From the NCBI RefSeq assembly GCF_018350175.1, contig NC_058368.1, forward strand, positions 6,820,001-6,884,000: a stretch of 64,000 bases of DNA, given 5' to 3'. The notes below the pieces were generated by a model. The model did not search any database, was not told where the DNA came from, and worked only from the letters and a program-made list of their open reading frames with translations. Below are positions 38,238-51,898 of the stretch, one piece after another. The DNA is from Felis catus (taxonomy: Eukaryota). The stretch's first letter is position 1, and the number at the start of each line of letters is the position of its first letter. A program made the position numbers and the translations under genes.

Positions 38238-39841
38238 AAATGGCGGTGGGGGGGTGGGGGAGGGGGTGTCTCAGAAACAATCCAGTAAGGATAAGAAAAC
38301 CTCAACAACTGTAAATAATATCCTGAGAAAAACCACAGAGAAACAAAATCAAAGAACAAAAGTAACACTCTAAGAAATAAAAGGTGCAATGAACAAGATA
38401 AAAAAGGGCGAGTAATAATCCAAAATGTAGAACACAAAGCAGGTGATCAAAAATGGGAGAAAACGCAGAAAAAAACAGAGAAATCAGTCTGCATTTCGAT
38501 ATGCAACGAAGGGCATATCAAAAAAGACAGAACAAAGAGATTAGACTGATAGGAAGGAAATTATCCAAATGCTAGTTTCAGAAATGTTCGAGACTTTAGG
38601 AAAACGAAAAATGTCTGAGTGAGTTGGTACACAGTCAATGCAACAAAGGGGGGGGAGGGGGAGGAACACGAAGACACATCATGAAATTTCAGAACATTGT
38701 GGACAATCATCCACATTCTGAAAGCCTCCTAAAACACTGTTGGGGGGTTGGGGGGAGGGGGCCACACTCAGAAGAGGTGAAAAATCAGAACAGCCTCAGC
38801 CCTCTTGACATCAACAGACGCCAGAAAGCCACAGAGTAATCCCTTACAAATTCTGAAGGAAGGCTGTGTACCTAGCTTTAGCAAGAACCAAAACGTTTTT
38901 AAATACGAGAGCTCAAAGTTCACCTCCCATGCAGGCTCCCTAAAGAAGCTACCATAGAACATGTTCCACAAAGCAGGGAAAAATCCAAGGAAGAAGACCA
39001 GTTCTAGAAAAGGAGAGCCATGAAGGAATGTCTAGGGTGAGGGAAAAGAAGTCGATAGACTGTTTTTAACAGCATACAGGCACTTTATTTAGAATGTGGG
39101 GGTAGATTCCGGAAACAAGAGCCAGTAGATGAATGAGCAGGCTCCTCTGGGGAGGTGGGCACAGTGGGGTGGAGACTCCCTTTGTTACAAGCTTTACACT
39201 CTCAAGGGGACTCCCAGCAGGAGAGGAAATGCCCACATCACTTTACCTACACAAGAAATCTACCTTGAACGTCACGGATTGCACTCAGTGAGTGACACAC
39301 GTGTGTTCAATGGAACTTACTTTGTCCCCTGTATTATCATCTCTTACATAGAGTTTAAAACATTCACCACGGATCTACGTAACAGGACAGCATAAACTAC
39401 CACAACTGTAGAACACAGATTTGTGGCATTTGTTGATGAGTCAGAAAAAGAGTTAAAACTTCCAAAGAAAGTTCTCCCAAAATTTCAATGATGTATAATA
39501 ACTAGAATTATCTTCACAAGGACTGGGGATGTATCTTTCTCCTATATTTTGCATTTTTATATCTATGCTAGTGGAACACTGCCAGAAGTCAGCTGACAAA
39601 GAGTCCACAGACACATGGTGGCACTTGCAAAACTTTATTTATTACACCTGTACATTTGGACCACTTCTATTTGGGCATTTAAATAATTCTCAAAGAAACA
39701 ACAGATCATGTAGCATAGGCCATATGAAATTTCCGTTATGAAAAAATTTGATACAAAATAGGAAAAATCTGGCTAACTCCAATCTAAGACCCTTAAGACT
39801 TCAAGCAGTCTTGTTTCCCTTCCATTAAAAAGAGTATTTTA

Positions 39842-40057
39842 GGGGCACTGGGTGGCTCAGTCGGTTGAGCGTCCGACTTCAGCTCAGGTCATGATCTCAC
39901 GGTTCGTGGGTTGAAGCCCCGCGTCGGGCTCTGTGCTGACAGCTCGGAGCCTGGAGCCGGCTTCCGATTCTGTGTCTCCCTCTCTCTCTGCCCCTCCCCT
40001 GCTCATGCTCACTCACTCGCTCTCTCAAAAATAAATACACGTTTAAAAAAAAAAAAA
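39842..40057 (+). mobile_element. Can-SINE
   Basis: TSD aaaaagag(t/c)atttta; lies about 150 bp from the exon 2 donor. Confidence 0.95.
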
Positions 40058-40211
40058 AAAAGAGCATTTTAAAATTCCAAATCAAGTTTCTTGGCTTTAA
40101 GCCTACTGATGCAAATGAACAATTTTCCTTTAATAAATTATGAAACACATTCAACACTTTGAAAACGATTTGCAACCATAGTTGTGAAGGCAGAGTACCA
40201 ACGATACTTAC

Positions 40212-40292
40212 ATTGACTAATCCAAAATAGTGCTCATTGACTGGAAACTGTTCTGGACCAATCTCTTTCTCTAATGCCGAGGCATTGGCGCC
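40212..40292 (-). CDS. USP12: USP12 coding exon (exon 2), [27 protein letters not shown]
   Basis: 81 nt, acceptor ttttacag and donor gtaagt on the minus strand. The peptide matches the recalled USP12 N-terminus (GANA, KEIG, FPVN) rather than USP46 (GTNA, KDIG, FPIN). Confidence 0.97.
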
Positions 40293-43200
40293 CTGTAAAA
40301 TAAAAATTAAAACAAACGAAACAGCACTCTTAGTATTCATAGTATTTTCATAACGTTTCGGTTATACGTGCATCACAGAGACATCCCTTAAAAAACTGTG
40401 TTCCCTTTCACCACATAACATTACTGAAAGAAAATAAAGGATGATAGTGAAGAGTGAAGGATTTTAATAGTAAGACTAGTTTGCAAGAACTTTCTCAGGA
40501 AAGCAAAGCGCGGATCAAGAAGCTGTACTTATAACTTGTGACTTTTTTTCTAGCTAAAGGATTAAAGCCCCTGCTGTACCCGTGCCCTAACAGGGTATAA
40601 TTCGACAGCCATCTCAGGGAGCCGAAACCAAACACACATGTAGTAGGTGACCTAACAGTTCCTCCAAGTTTGACCTGATGGATCCCCACCCGGGACCCAC
40701 AGTGACAAGAACGCCACGCGGGGCGGCACGGACGACCGCACAGCCAACAAGCAGCCAGTCTATGAAATGTGACGGCCCGCTCCGGAGCAGAGTCGGAATG
40801 ATCGGAGCTAGGTTTACATACAAAAGCACGCCTAGTTCTCAAAAACATAATGTTAAATATGAAAAAAAGAAAAACTGAGCTTAACGCATACATAAAGACT
40901 AGCACCCGGCCAGCGGGCTTAAGAATGGATGTTAAACGTCCTTGAGTGGGTGCTGAAGAGCACTGGGGCATTGCAACTGGGGGTGAAGGATAAAAAAAGG
41001 GAAAAACCAAAACGAAACCCAACAGAAGAAGGGCCCGGCACAGACCACAATCACGTGTCGTGGTCTCAGGAATACGACGGACTCAACTCCGTCCCTGAAA
41101 AAGAGGGGAGGTGGGGTGCCACTAGGGCCCTGTGTACTGGCACACGCCCCTAAATGGACTCCCAACGTAGCCAGAGAGGGAAAAAAGACAGCAACACTGA
41201 AAGCATGATACCTCTAGGTATGTGTACTTAAAACTCCCAAGAAAACATCCCCCCAGACAAAACCCACGCGACATCACTCACAAAATGCCGGCGGCCACTC
41301 TGCAAAGCTGCAGTAAAACCACACGCACACACTGCCTCCTCCGGGGCACGGACATGAAATTAACATCACCTCGGTGCTCAGAAGACCTTGCCGTTTCCTG
41401 ACTGAGCTCCATCCCTGGACTTGGGAAGGCCAACCTTTGTTAGACAACACATCCTCAACTTCCTGATTGTAAGCACTGATTAGAGGGACTGGGTGGATTG
41501 GTGGTCAGGTTCTACCAAAACAACACATTTCCTCTAATGTCCTCCAGCCATCCAGCGCTGGTACATAAACATGACACTGCCTTCGTTATTTTTTTTTTTT
41601 TAATTTGGGACTCGTTTTAGGCTTTACACAAAACCTTGACGGAATCGCTAGTTTACAAACACCCTTTACTCCCAATTTGGCTATGCCCTGTGTTTTGACA
41701 TCAAATTCAATGATCACAGCAACTTCGAGATCCACTGAACAAATCTGTCTCGGTGGGAATGCTGCAAGCCCCACCCTCCACCCCTGCCAGCTCAAGTACC
41801 ATGTCAAAGCTTCCTCGAGTATGTCGAAAACTATCAGTAACCCGGATGTTTACCACTTACCATACGAATTCAAAACAATATTCGTTTAAATAAGTATAAC
41901 CCCTCCCCCACAAAAAAAAGAAGAAAGGCTCTATGATCCAAAGTACAACCTCATCACATCTATTTATGTGGACAGTAAAATGTCAGTGCACCTAACTCCG
42001 GAAAGCGTTTCTGGCTCTTGGGAAGAACAGGATAACACGTGAACATTCTCTCTCCAATGTAATAGCAATCACATGCCACAGAGCACGTATTCTCACCACT
42101 CCAGATGACCCATTCATCCCCCTACCCGTGACACATCATGCATCCACTGCTTAGAAATCCCTCTCCCCATCCGCATCCTCAAGGTGGTTTGGCTACGGAT
42201 CAACTTACTAGCTTCTTTGTGCCTCGGTTTCCTAACTGTAAAAGGAAAATGTCACCAACTACTCTATAGGGCGGCTACAAATTAACTGAATTGAAACCTT
42301 GGTGAAAGCATCTGCAGTGCCTGGCACAGAAGCAGGTGTCCCATAAATGAAGGCTGCCTTCTCCCCCTTCCCTTCAAATTCAAGGGGGGAAGAAGAAAAG
42401 CTACTCTCATTAGCCAGTAATGATCACAAATATCTGCTCCAAGCAACAGCTAAGAAATAGCAAGAGAAGGAAACAAAAGGCACAAGAAAAAATGAGATAG
42501 CTATCATTAAAAAAAACAACTTTGGCCAACCCCACAAAGCAGCGCAGAGGTATAGTCACTGTACAGTCCAAAAGTCTAACAACAAAGCAAAACCACAATC
42601 CAATCAGAGGTCTGGGAGAAAGATGCTAAGTGTGGGAAGGTGGAAACAGCCATAAACCATAGTCATTTAACCTTTCTGGGTTTAAGACGCTTCATTTGCA
42701 AGATAAAGGAGTTGGTTTCCACTGATTTTCAAAACCTCCAACTCCTCTACGTTGATCTGTTTGTTGCGTTTCCAAGTAATCCATTACCCAAATCAAGGTT
42801 TTCACAGCTAAACGTGTTTAGAAAATTAAAAGACAAGGTAATTTCTACAGTCTCTTCTAACTCAACATTCTAACACTACCGATCACTTTTATCAACCCTC
42901 CTGAGGACATGTACTAGATCAACACAAAACTCTAGGAAGTCCAAGCCAACCGATAGATGCCAAGCAACACAATTCAACAGGGAGAGATTACAGTGACAGA
43001 TGGAGTCAGGGTAGCGGATCCAAATGGAAAGTACAAAGAGAGAACGGGATTTACTTTATGACAGTTCTAAATTAAAGCACAGCCTAGTAACATACACCTT
43101 ACCATGACAAGGACGCTGTATAGCAGATTCTGTGAATGTGCAGGAGATACTCTTATGGCATGAATTCAAGATTTTCTCTGCGGAAATAATCAGAGTACAA

Positions 43201-43672
43201 CTCTACTCTAACTCCATGCCAACTACAAAGGCAAAGAGTAGACGAAGCAATTCAGTTTCTGATGACTGGTTTTCAACACTAGAGTTAGACACAGCTGGGG
43301 AAAAACAGCCACCAAGCCAAAAGTTTGCTGCGTCATTTTTAGTATCTGTAGAAGAGTTCTCTGTGTCGTCACCCCTTGAAGATTTTGTTGGAAGTTGGCA
43401 AACCCTTTTGTGTCAAATAATGGTCAACAAGCACCCCAAGGTTTAAACTGAACCTAGAATAAGTCAATTATCCAATAGCAACGGCTCTGAACAATTCTCT
43501 ATCCCTACGCTTGAGAAATATGATCCTACTACAATTAACAGTGGTTTACTAGATCAGTGATGCTTTACCAGGACAAAAGAAAGAAATGGTGGCATGCTCA
43601 AGTAAGAATTTTTGCTCTAACGCTTTCATACGTATAGGTATCAGGATTCATCTGTTTTGTACGAGTACATGA

Positions 43673-43697
43673 CACACACACACACACACACACACAC
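43673..43697. repeat. (CA)n microsatellite
   Basis: Direct reading. Confidence 0.9.
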
Positions 43698-44740
43698 AGG
43701 AAGAAGACGTTCTTTGTGGAGTTTCTAGCTCCGTTTTTGTAACTTACACAAAAGGTTATTTTAGACTCAGTACCTATTAGTACAAAATTCATCATAAGGA
43801 CGGAATTAGATATCCCTGACTCTCTGATGAAAACAACCAACAGGTGGATGAATTTTAATATTAAAAGATAAGAATTTACTGAGCTGGTGAGAAAATAAGG
43901 AAGCTGCAGAGAACAAAAACCAAAATGATGGGGGAACCCTGCAGGCTAAGCCAATGCCAAAGAGAGATTTCACGCTGAGGGTTAACTGTCAACACTAGTG
44001 ACCTTTACACGCTCTTCTGACAGCTGAATGAAACGGAGTGCAGGGAAACCGAAAACTTCGGGAGATAGAAAGGCCAACAGAAGACCTGAGCATGGGCACT
44101 GAGATCCCAAAAGGGCTGGATCGTCATGTCAGGGGGAGCAAGAAGTAATCCTGTACCGCAGGAGGAGGCAGCAAGGAAATGCGCCCGGCATTCCTTGGCA
44201 CTGAGAGTGGAGGGCGTCTTCCGAAAACTCACAACCCCAAGCTGACTTATGAAAGACTGTAACCCAAATTCATGCCAGCTGTATGATCTCACAGCAAAAC
44301 CACCTGAGCAGAAAATGTAATTCAGAGAGACCCTGAGATGACAGTGCCCTCTTCACCCTACAACCAGCAGAACGACCAAGTTCACCCTGGAAGATAAAGC
44401 CAATCCACCCCACAAAAAGTTCCCACAGATAACACTCCAAGAGACCTGAGTTCACAATCAAAACTCATACACATACCCAAAGCCACAGGAAAATAGAGTA
44501 CTCTATGAATAAAAGCCAGCAGAGGCACAGACGGCAGAATGAGACTCTCAAGACATTTAATATCAGAACTATTTCCGACATGATACAGAACAAATGCATA
44601 ACATGTGCCAAAAAGTAACACTGGCTTGATTTTAAGAACAAAGATGAGATTCTAAAGCCAAAGCAGATTTTTTTTTTAAAGAACCAAATAAAACTTTTAA
44701 ATATAAAAATTATAATAACTGAAAGTAAAAACTTAATGGT

Positions 44741-44943
44741 GGGGAGCCTGGGTGGCTTAGTCGGTTAAGTGTCTGACTTTCAGCTCAGGTCATGATCTCA
44801 CTGCTCCAGGGTTCAAGCCCCATGTCGGGAGCCTGAAGCCTGCTTCAGATTCTGTCTCAGTCTCTCTGCCCCTCCCCTGCTTGTGTGTGCTCTCTCTCTT
44901 TTTCTCTCTCAAATGCAAATAAACATTACAAATTTTTTTTTAA
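44741..44943 (+). mobile_element. Can-SINE
   Basis: Consensus head and CT tract, small internal deletion. Confidence 0.9.
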
Positions 44944-44959
44944 TTGAAAATGGTAACCA

Positions 44960-45335
44960 GAGGGACAGTAAAAATATCAGAAGTTGGGGAGAAAGGGATG
45001 AAGAGGCAGAGCACAGATTTTTAGGGCGGTGACGATATTCCATGTAATACTACCATGATGAATATGTCATCATACACTTGTTCAGACCCACAGAATGTAC
45101 CCCAAAAGTAACAGTAACACAAACTATGGACTTTACCTGAATATGATGTTTCAACATAGTTCATTAATTATGACAAATGTACTACTCTGGTGTGGGGGGG
45201 GGGGGTGGTGGTGATGAGGGAGGCTATGCTCACACTGGGGCAGGTCTATATGAGAAATCCATATATCATATGGGAAATCCAAAATCAATTTTGCTGTGAA
45301 CTAAAACTGCTCTTAAAAACAAACAAACAAAAAGA
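44960..45335 (+). mobile_element. L1MC1-like 3' end fragment
   Basis: gcagagcacagatttttagggc, gtcatcatacacttgttcagacccacagaatgtac, acaaatgtactactctggtg and tcaattttgctgtgaactaaaactgctct. Confidence 0.8.
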
Positions 45336-45569
45336 AAGACAGAAAGACTTAATAATTAAATCAGAAAAAAAGAAAAACTCAACGGCTGTGCCAGAGAAAC
45401 AACGTTAATATTGGATAATATTTTTTTAGTCAAGATTCCTGTCAATATAATGCCAGTAATCCACACTTTTTATTAAAAACAGGGAATGTTTTATGGAAAA
45501 CTATCTCATGGAAGAATGGGTCCCTTGTCGAGCTGCTGTAGAGAGCTGCTGCATACTATTAATGACACT

Positions 45570-45700
45570 GACCCGGACCTGGCAAAGCTAGAGTCCTGGG
45601 TCTGGTCCTGGCCATGCCAGCAGCTAGCTGTAACAACTTGAGGCAAAATGCTTCTCTGTCTGGACCCCGGTCGTCTCACGTGTAAGACCTCGATCCCTAC
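45570..45700 (+). mobile_element. MIR remnant
   Basis: gtcctgggtctggtcctggccatgcca..ctagctgtaacaacttgaggcaa..cttctctg. Confidence 0.5.
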
Positions 45701-48700
45701 AGCACCTCTCATCCCCACCCTCTAGCAGCGTGTGGGAATCTGCTGGATCGTTCAATCTCATTAAGACGTTAAGGGTACAATGTTGGATAGTCAGTGGAAG
45801 GTCAAACATTAAGTTCTGAAAAAAAGTCAGGATGTATTTTCACATCCTCAGAAAGCCATCCGAGCGGAGAATGTGCAGGCCATGGAGTAAGCACCTCCGT
45901 AAACCTGCCTACTGTGGATTCCTAGAAAGGTGAGCAATGCTTCTTTTTCATGCCAAAAAAAAAAAAAAAAACCATCCAAGTGAAAGAAAAGTTGAAGCAA
46001 TATACACAGCTTTGATCTATCATTTTGAACACACCATCTGCAAACAGGAAAAAAAGAAAATAAGCCAGCCAGGGGAAGGCTGCTTCTGATGAAGTCTTTT
46101 TCACACGGTCATTTTTACATGGAGCACACGCCTCTCTGACTGCCCTCCATTCTGCCATCACGAGAAAGACGCAAGAGGACGAATCCATGAGAAGAAATAA
46201 AAAACGGTAGCACAGTAAAAGGACGGACATCTAGTACCTAGAAACATACTTACCAAGTACGCTAGCTTTTTTTTCTTACTAGATAGTTAATATCCCAGAC
46301 AAATTTGTTTAAAACAAGTATAATAAGATACAATGACATTTCCCCATTCTCATGTTTCAAATCCTATCTCAGAATCCAGTGTTTGCCGTTCCAAGTGTAA
46401 CACCGAAGGGTCACACGAGGTCAGTACCCAAAGGAGAACTGCCAAAACAGGCAGGAAAGGCTTCCCGAAAAGGAGACAATCGAGCGACCTTGGTAAACTA
46501 AGAAAAGTTCTGGAGGCACAGGAAGAACCCACGTGAGGGTACGAACACAACAGAGACAAAGTGAATCTGAGCCGTCAAAGGATGAACCCAAAGTACAGAA
46601 GATACACGAAGCAAGTATCTTAAAGGGGAGAACGGAGAACAGGAAGGCTGGAAGCCCACATTTGCACTTGTGGATGACACTGGGTCCCTGAAACTGTATC
46701 AGAGACGACAAACATTTATATAAAAAAAAAAAAAAAAACAAAAACAAGCCATTTCACACCCTAAGTGTCACGCATCATAAAAATCTTCTGAAAGCAGTAG
46801 ACCTTCCTAAGAGGTGAAATTCACCAAGTATAGTATCTGCTTTCTACCCAGCCCTGAGCGGAAAGTTGTAGAACGTGACCGTCAAAGTGTCATTTAGTGA
46901 GAAGTGAGACGAATTTGGTGGATCTACCATTTGCTTTTTCAGTAAAACAGAAGACATGATGGCGTATATCTCCCTACTAAGGGTAAATAATGGTCTGTGA
47001 GACTTTTTCCAGGAATTAAGTACGTGTCTATTAGGTCTAACTGGGAAACTTATTTCTCATTGTGAGTTTAAATCAAGAGAGTTTTGATATAGAGGGTTAC
47101 AAAAGATTTAAAAACGGTAAGAAAAAACCGCAAAGTCATAATCCAACTGGGGCGTGTACAGTGAACAATTAGCTTTTCATGATGACCTACAGGCAGAAAA
47201 TTATTAAAAATAAATGTAAAGTTACAGAGAAGAAAACAGTATCAAACTATGCTAGTATGCAGTTCGTACTCCAGGATATCAGGACAGGAATGACCCCGAG
47301 AGCGGAGAATGGGGGACATTTCCATCACGATGTTCCATCACAAGCAGACAGAACTCAAAGAGCCCCAGCCTTGAGCTTTTCCCGCAGGTATTTCCATACA
47401 GCTGTACACGCTGGTGAAAGAGAGCCCGGAACACGAGCAGCCACTTCGACATTCCAGCCCCAGGCAGTGCGGGGGGCCGAGCGACCTGGCCTGGTTCTAA
47501 TAGGAGTTCAACCGCAGCGCCACTGCCTCAAATCGCTCCGCCTCGCTTTTCTCATCAGCAAGGTGAGAGAGACCAGATTCACGGCATCGACTGCAAATCT
47601 AAAATGCTCTCATTCGAAGATAGTTAGCAGCAACACAGAATCACAACCAAAGTGTGAACTTTGGGCAAAATATTCCCAGTATTTTGAATTCGTGCTCCAA
47701 TTTCTTAACCTGCAAAACAGGGCAAACACCCTTATTATGGCCTGTTTTTTAAAAATGTATCGATTTGGGACAATGTCTGCAACAGAAGGCACTAAACACA
47801 GTTCCTTTACCCCTTCTTACCCCCCCCCCCCCCCCCCGCCCTTCAGATCAACCGCCCAAAAGACTGAAATTCCCAAAGTAACCGACAAGGGCGTTGGACG
47901 TTCCACGCTGATGTGCAGCCATCCCAAGAACCTCTGCAGTGGCCTCCTCTGGTGCGACCTCTGCCATCAAAGTGAAAACGGAGCCCGCAGAAAAGGGCTC
48001 TCAACCCCGAGCCAGACTTCACAGCGGCACGCGTCCTCGCAGGGTTATCGCAGGGCTGCAGGTGCCGTCTGGGAATCCGGGACGGCACCGAGCAAAGCCC
48101 CCCGTGGGAAGACAGCATATGGTGCAAATGGCACCCACAGAGGAGGGAGGTACGGTCTCCGACACGAAGGGGGAAGTCCGAACGCCCTGCCGCATCCCTG
48201 AACTACGACACAACCAGTTATCAAGCTCTGGAAATCTCGCTCCTGAAGGGCCCCGGCCTCCGTTCCCATCACGGGCCTTCTGAGAGCCATCTGTGTAAGT
48301 TCCGTGGAGAAGGAGAAACCATCAAACTTTATTTCCAACGGCGTATGTGAACATCCCATCCTCCTCCCGTCTTCCATGCTCCTCCAAACCTTCAACCCGA
48401 TCAGGAAGACTTCTGGCAGGTTCTCAACAACACACCTCTTTTCAGGAGAAATTAAAGCAGCTTACTTCCTGCTTCAGCTGCCGCCACAGGAACACACGTG
48501 TGGTACGTTACCCACGTAAAATTCCCCATCCAGCAATTAAGGAAAATCCAATTCTACAATTAATCGCTGGCCAAATCACGGCACGTTTAAAATTACTCAG
48601 GACAGCACTCCCATAATCCTTTTCATCTAACGGTGATATATACACAAACACAGCATGTAAGAAGCAAAAGCTAAGTTACATACGTGAATCATTATAATTC

Positions 48701-49277
48701 AATGATGAATGACCAGACCAAAAACATCAGGCTGTGATTTGAATCTCCATATCCATTAGAACCTCAATGTTCCTATCAGACATGTTAAAAGCTACAATCT
48801 TCCTATTATTTGCTCTAACACCTTCAGTGAAGAGTTATATATTCATGGGTAAATGTGTCATTTGTAGAGAATATTGATATGTAGAAAAGAAAAGAAGATT
48901 CAGAGTCACTTAAATCTCTTAACTCAGTCAAGGAACGAAAAAAGTACGAACATGACTCAGTGCCAACAACAACAACCATGTTTTTGATCCGTAAATATTC
49001 ATGAGACGAGTTACTGAAAAATCTCTCATTAATTCATCTCTGTCAGGAAGTAATGGTGTATCACCACCATCGCCGGGCTTAGCAAGAATGGCTCTGCCAA
49101 GCCTTCACATTTAGCTTAACAATACCGAAAAGAAAATTCTCAAAATAGGACCGAACTCAGCATAATGGGATACGGTACTTAATGTGATCGAGCACAATGA
49201 ATTCTATAAATCCTACTCATCTCAATACCAAAAAACTTTATGAGAAATTTATCAGATACTCTCATGGATAGTTATAC

Positions 49278-49457
49278 TTTTTTTTTTTAATTGACTTATT
49301 TATTTTGAGAGAGAGAGAGACAGAGAACACACCCAAGAAGGCTCCACAATGTCAGCACAGAGCCCAACGTGGGAGCTTGAACCCACAAACCACGAGATCA
49401 TGACTGAGCCCAAATCAGGAGTCGGATGCTCAACTGACTGAGCCACCCAGGCACCGC
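49278..49457 (-). mobile_element. Can-SINE
   Basis: Reverse consensus; TSD ga(t/c)agtta(t/c)ac. Confidence 0.92.
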
Positions 49458-50997
49458 GACAGTTACACATTCAAAGCACAACCATATCTGAACCCCCTCA
49501 CTGGCACCTTACCTACAACAAAAAAAGGGAAGATTTGGTTTTTACAGCAGCTTGTGGTGAAGGCAACGCACAGATTCACCTACTTTGGTGAACAAATAAC
49601 CAGAAATGTATCATTGTTTTAAGCTCTTTCTGCCATATTTGTTATAGTTTTTACATCCTATTTTATCAGGTGGTAGAATTTTTGGCACTATAAAAACAAG
49701 GAGCCCCGGACTGGTATTGGCCAACTTCATACACCTGACGTGAGTAACTGATTTGTAAGATAATGCTCAGTTTCTGTATGATAAAAACATGTTCCACTTT
49801 CTTCCACCTGTAAAAATATGCACACTTCATCTTCTCAACTCCCGGGTTATAGGATAACGGCCTATTTGTAAAGTCCTTCACATCCTTGTGAAGAAAACCA
49901 CTATACAGATACAAGGTGTCACTAAGTTGAAATGAAATCACAATTCCTGAGTTACTCTGTCACTACAACAACAGAGTTCATACTCCAGATTCCAGAGGCG
50001 CACTGTACCTGCTCACCCTAATACAAAGTAAAGTTACCACCAAACTTAGTTTTGTCAAACAGAGAAAGGAACTGCGGCTGGACTATGTGCGGTCACGCCC
50101 GACGCGTAAGGACAGGTGGAGTGACGCCGTGGAACGTTGAAGCTCCTGGGTCGGTGCCACCACGAGCCCACTGAGCTGGAAAACCTGTCAGAACCAACCA
50201 TCTCAGAACACGGACACCAAGCAGGGGGGCAGCTGACGAAGGCAGAGAGAGCACAGCGCGTGCCTCGGCCACCAGCCCGTCCCCCGGCCCTGCGGCACTG
50301 GCGGGCGCAGGGCCCACGTGTGGGGCATGGGCTGGTACTGGGGGGGCGGTCGGGCACCCTGCCCTCCTCACACTGGGGCTGTGCACCCCGTCATACTGGA
50401 GGCAGCCTGGGGCAACAGCACACATACCTGCATTTGTTTCCACCCTCTTGCACTGCGTGAACTTCCCTTTCTGGATTTTTTGGGTGGTGGGAGGGGTGAC
50501 CGAGACATGTGGGTAAATTTCTGTCAGGTCACGAGGTGACACACAAGGTGATAATTAAGAGAAACTACAGTACCCACGCACCACAAAGAATACAGATTTT
50601 GCAAAGTTGTTTTGGGAGAGTCACTGCACAAACAGATGACTACAGCCCTCAACAGCAACACTGAGAAAGAGGAGGATCTGATTTCTCGAGTCACCACAAT
50701 GTAATATTCAAATGGTCCAGTTCTCATTTCAGAACATACACAGAAACAGAAAACCACAGCACCGTGGGAGGGAAAAAAAAGAACTTGACAAAAACTACCC
50801 TGAGGAATGCTAGATGTTAAAATTACTAAGGTGTTAAATCAACGGTCTTAAATATGCTCAAAGAACTAGAAGAGAGCAAGAGCATCTGTATGAATAAATG
50901 GGGAATATCAACAAAGAGACTGTAATACAAAGGAAACTGAACAGAACACCAGGAATTATTAAGTACAACAGCTGACGTAAGAAATTCAGTAGAGGCT

Positions 50998-51218
50998 GGG
51001 GCGCCTGGGTGGCGCAGTCGGTTAAGCGTCCGACTTTAGCCAGGTCACGATCTCGCGGTCCTGAGTTCGAGCCCCGCGTCAGGCTCTGGGCTGATGGCTC
51101 GGAGCCTGGAGCCTGTTTCCGATTCTGTGTCTCCCTCTCTCTCTGCCCCTCCCCCGTTCATGCTCTGTCTCTCTCTGTCCCCAAAATAAATAAACGTTGA
51201 AAAAAAAATTTTTTTTTA
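50998..51218 (+). mobile_element. Can-SINE, young SINEC_Fc-type
   Basis: Diagnostic young-subfamily positions; flanked by aagaaattcagtagag. Confidence 0.96.
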
Positions 51219-51235
51219 AAGAAATTCAGTAGAGA

Positions 51236-51424
51236 GGGGCGCCTGGGTGGCTCAGGTCATGATCTCACAGCCTGTGAGTTCGAGCCCTGTGATGGGCTCT
51301 GGGCTGACAGCTCGGCGCCTGGAGCCTGCTTTGGATTCTGTGCCTCCCTCTCTCTCTGCCCCAACCCACTCGCATTCTGTCTCTTTCTCAAAAATAAACA
51401 TTAAAAAAAATGTATTTTTTTTTA
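51236..51424 (+). mobile_element. Can-SINE with a deletion between two ggctcag motifs
   Basis: The head reads ggggcgcctgggtggctcaggtcatgatc; flanked by aagaaattcagtagag. Confidence 0.93.
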
Positions 51425-51898
51425 AAGAAATTCAGTAGAGGGGTACAATGGCAGATTTGAGCAGAAAGGAGAAAGTATCAGCAAACTTGAAAATGAGGAA
51501 ATTAAAATTATCCACGCCAAACAGCACAATGGAAAAACAATGTAGAAAAATGAGCTGAGGGACCTATGGGACACCATCAAAATACCAACATCTGCATCAG
51601 GAGAATCCCCAATGAAGAGGGAACAAAAAGAAGCAAGCAGGAAAAAATGTGAAGAAATAATGGCCCCAATTTGATGAAATACTTGAATCTACATATCCAA
51701 GGATTTCAACGAATTCCAAGCAGGAAAACCTCAGAGGTTCTGACACATTATAGTCAAACTGTCAAAAGACAAAGACAGAATCTTGAAATTGGCAAGACAA
51801 AAACAACTCATCACATACAAAAGATCCACAGTAAGATTAAGAGCTGATTTTTCATCAGAAATCTGTAGATGCGAGCAGGCACAGGGATAAAAAGTGTC

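Larger units (their letters stand above)
37220..39050 (+). mobile_element. Very old L1/HAL1-like 5' and ORF1 remnant
   Basis: ccaatgaaatgacagtaaaag, aagacacatcatgaaatttcagaaca and ttacaaattctgaaggaa resemble decayed L1 ORF1 sequence. Confidence 0.4.

Noticed and set aside
11032..40292. Assignment to the paralogue USP46 or to a processed pseudogene
   Set aside because: Diagnostic residues (GANA, FPVN, REKV, SQPRK, CLTC, GFSN, CEECRS) fit USP12, and the exons are separated by canonical introns with no stop codons.
39897..40340. 147-aa ORF as a standalone protein
   Set aside because: It is USP12 exon 2 read through into intron and SINE sequence.
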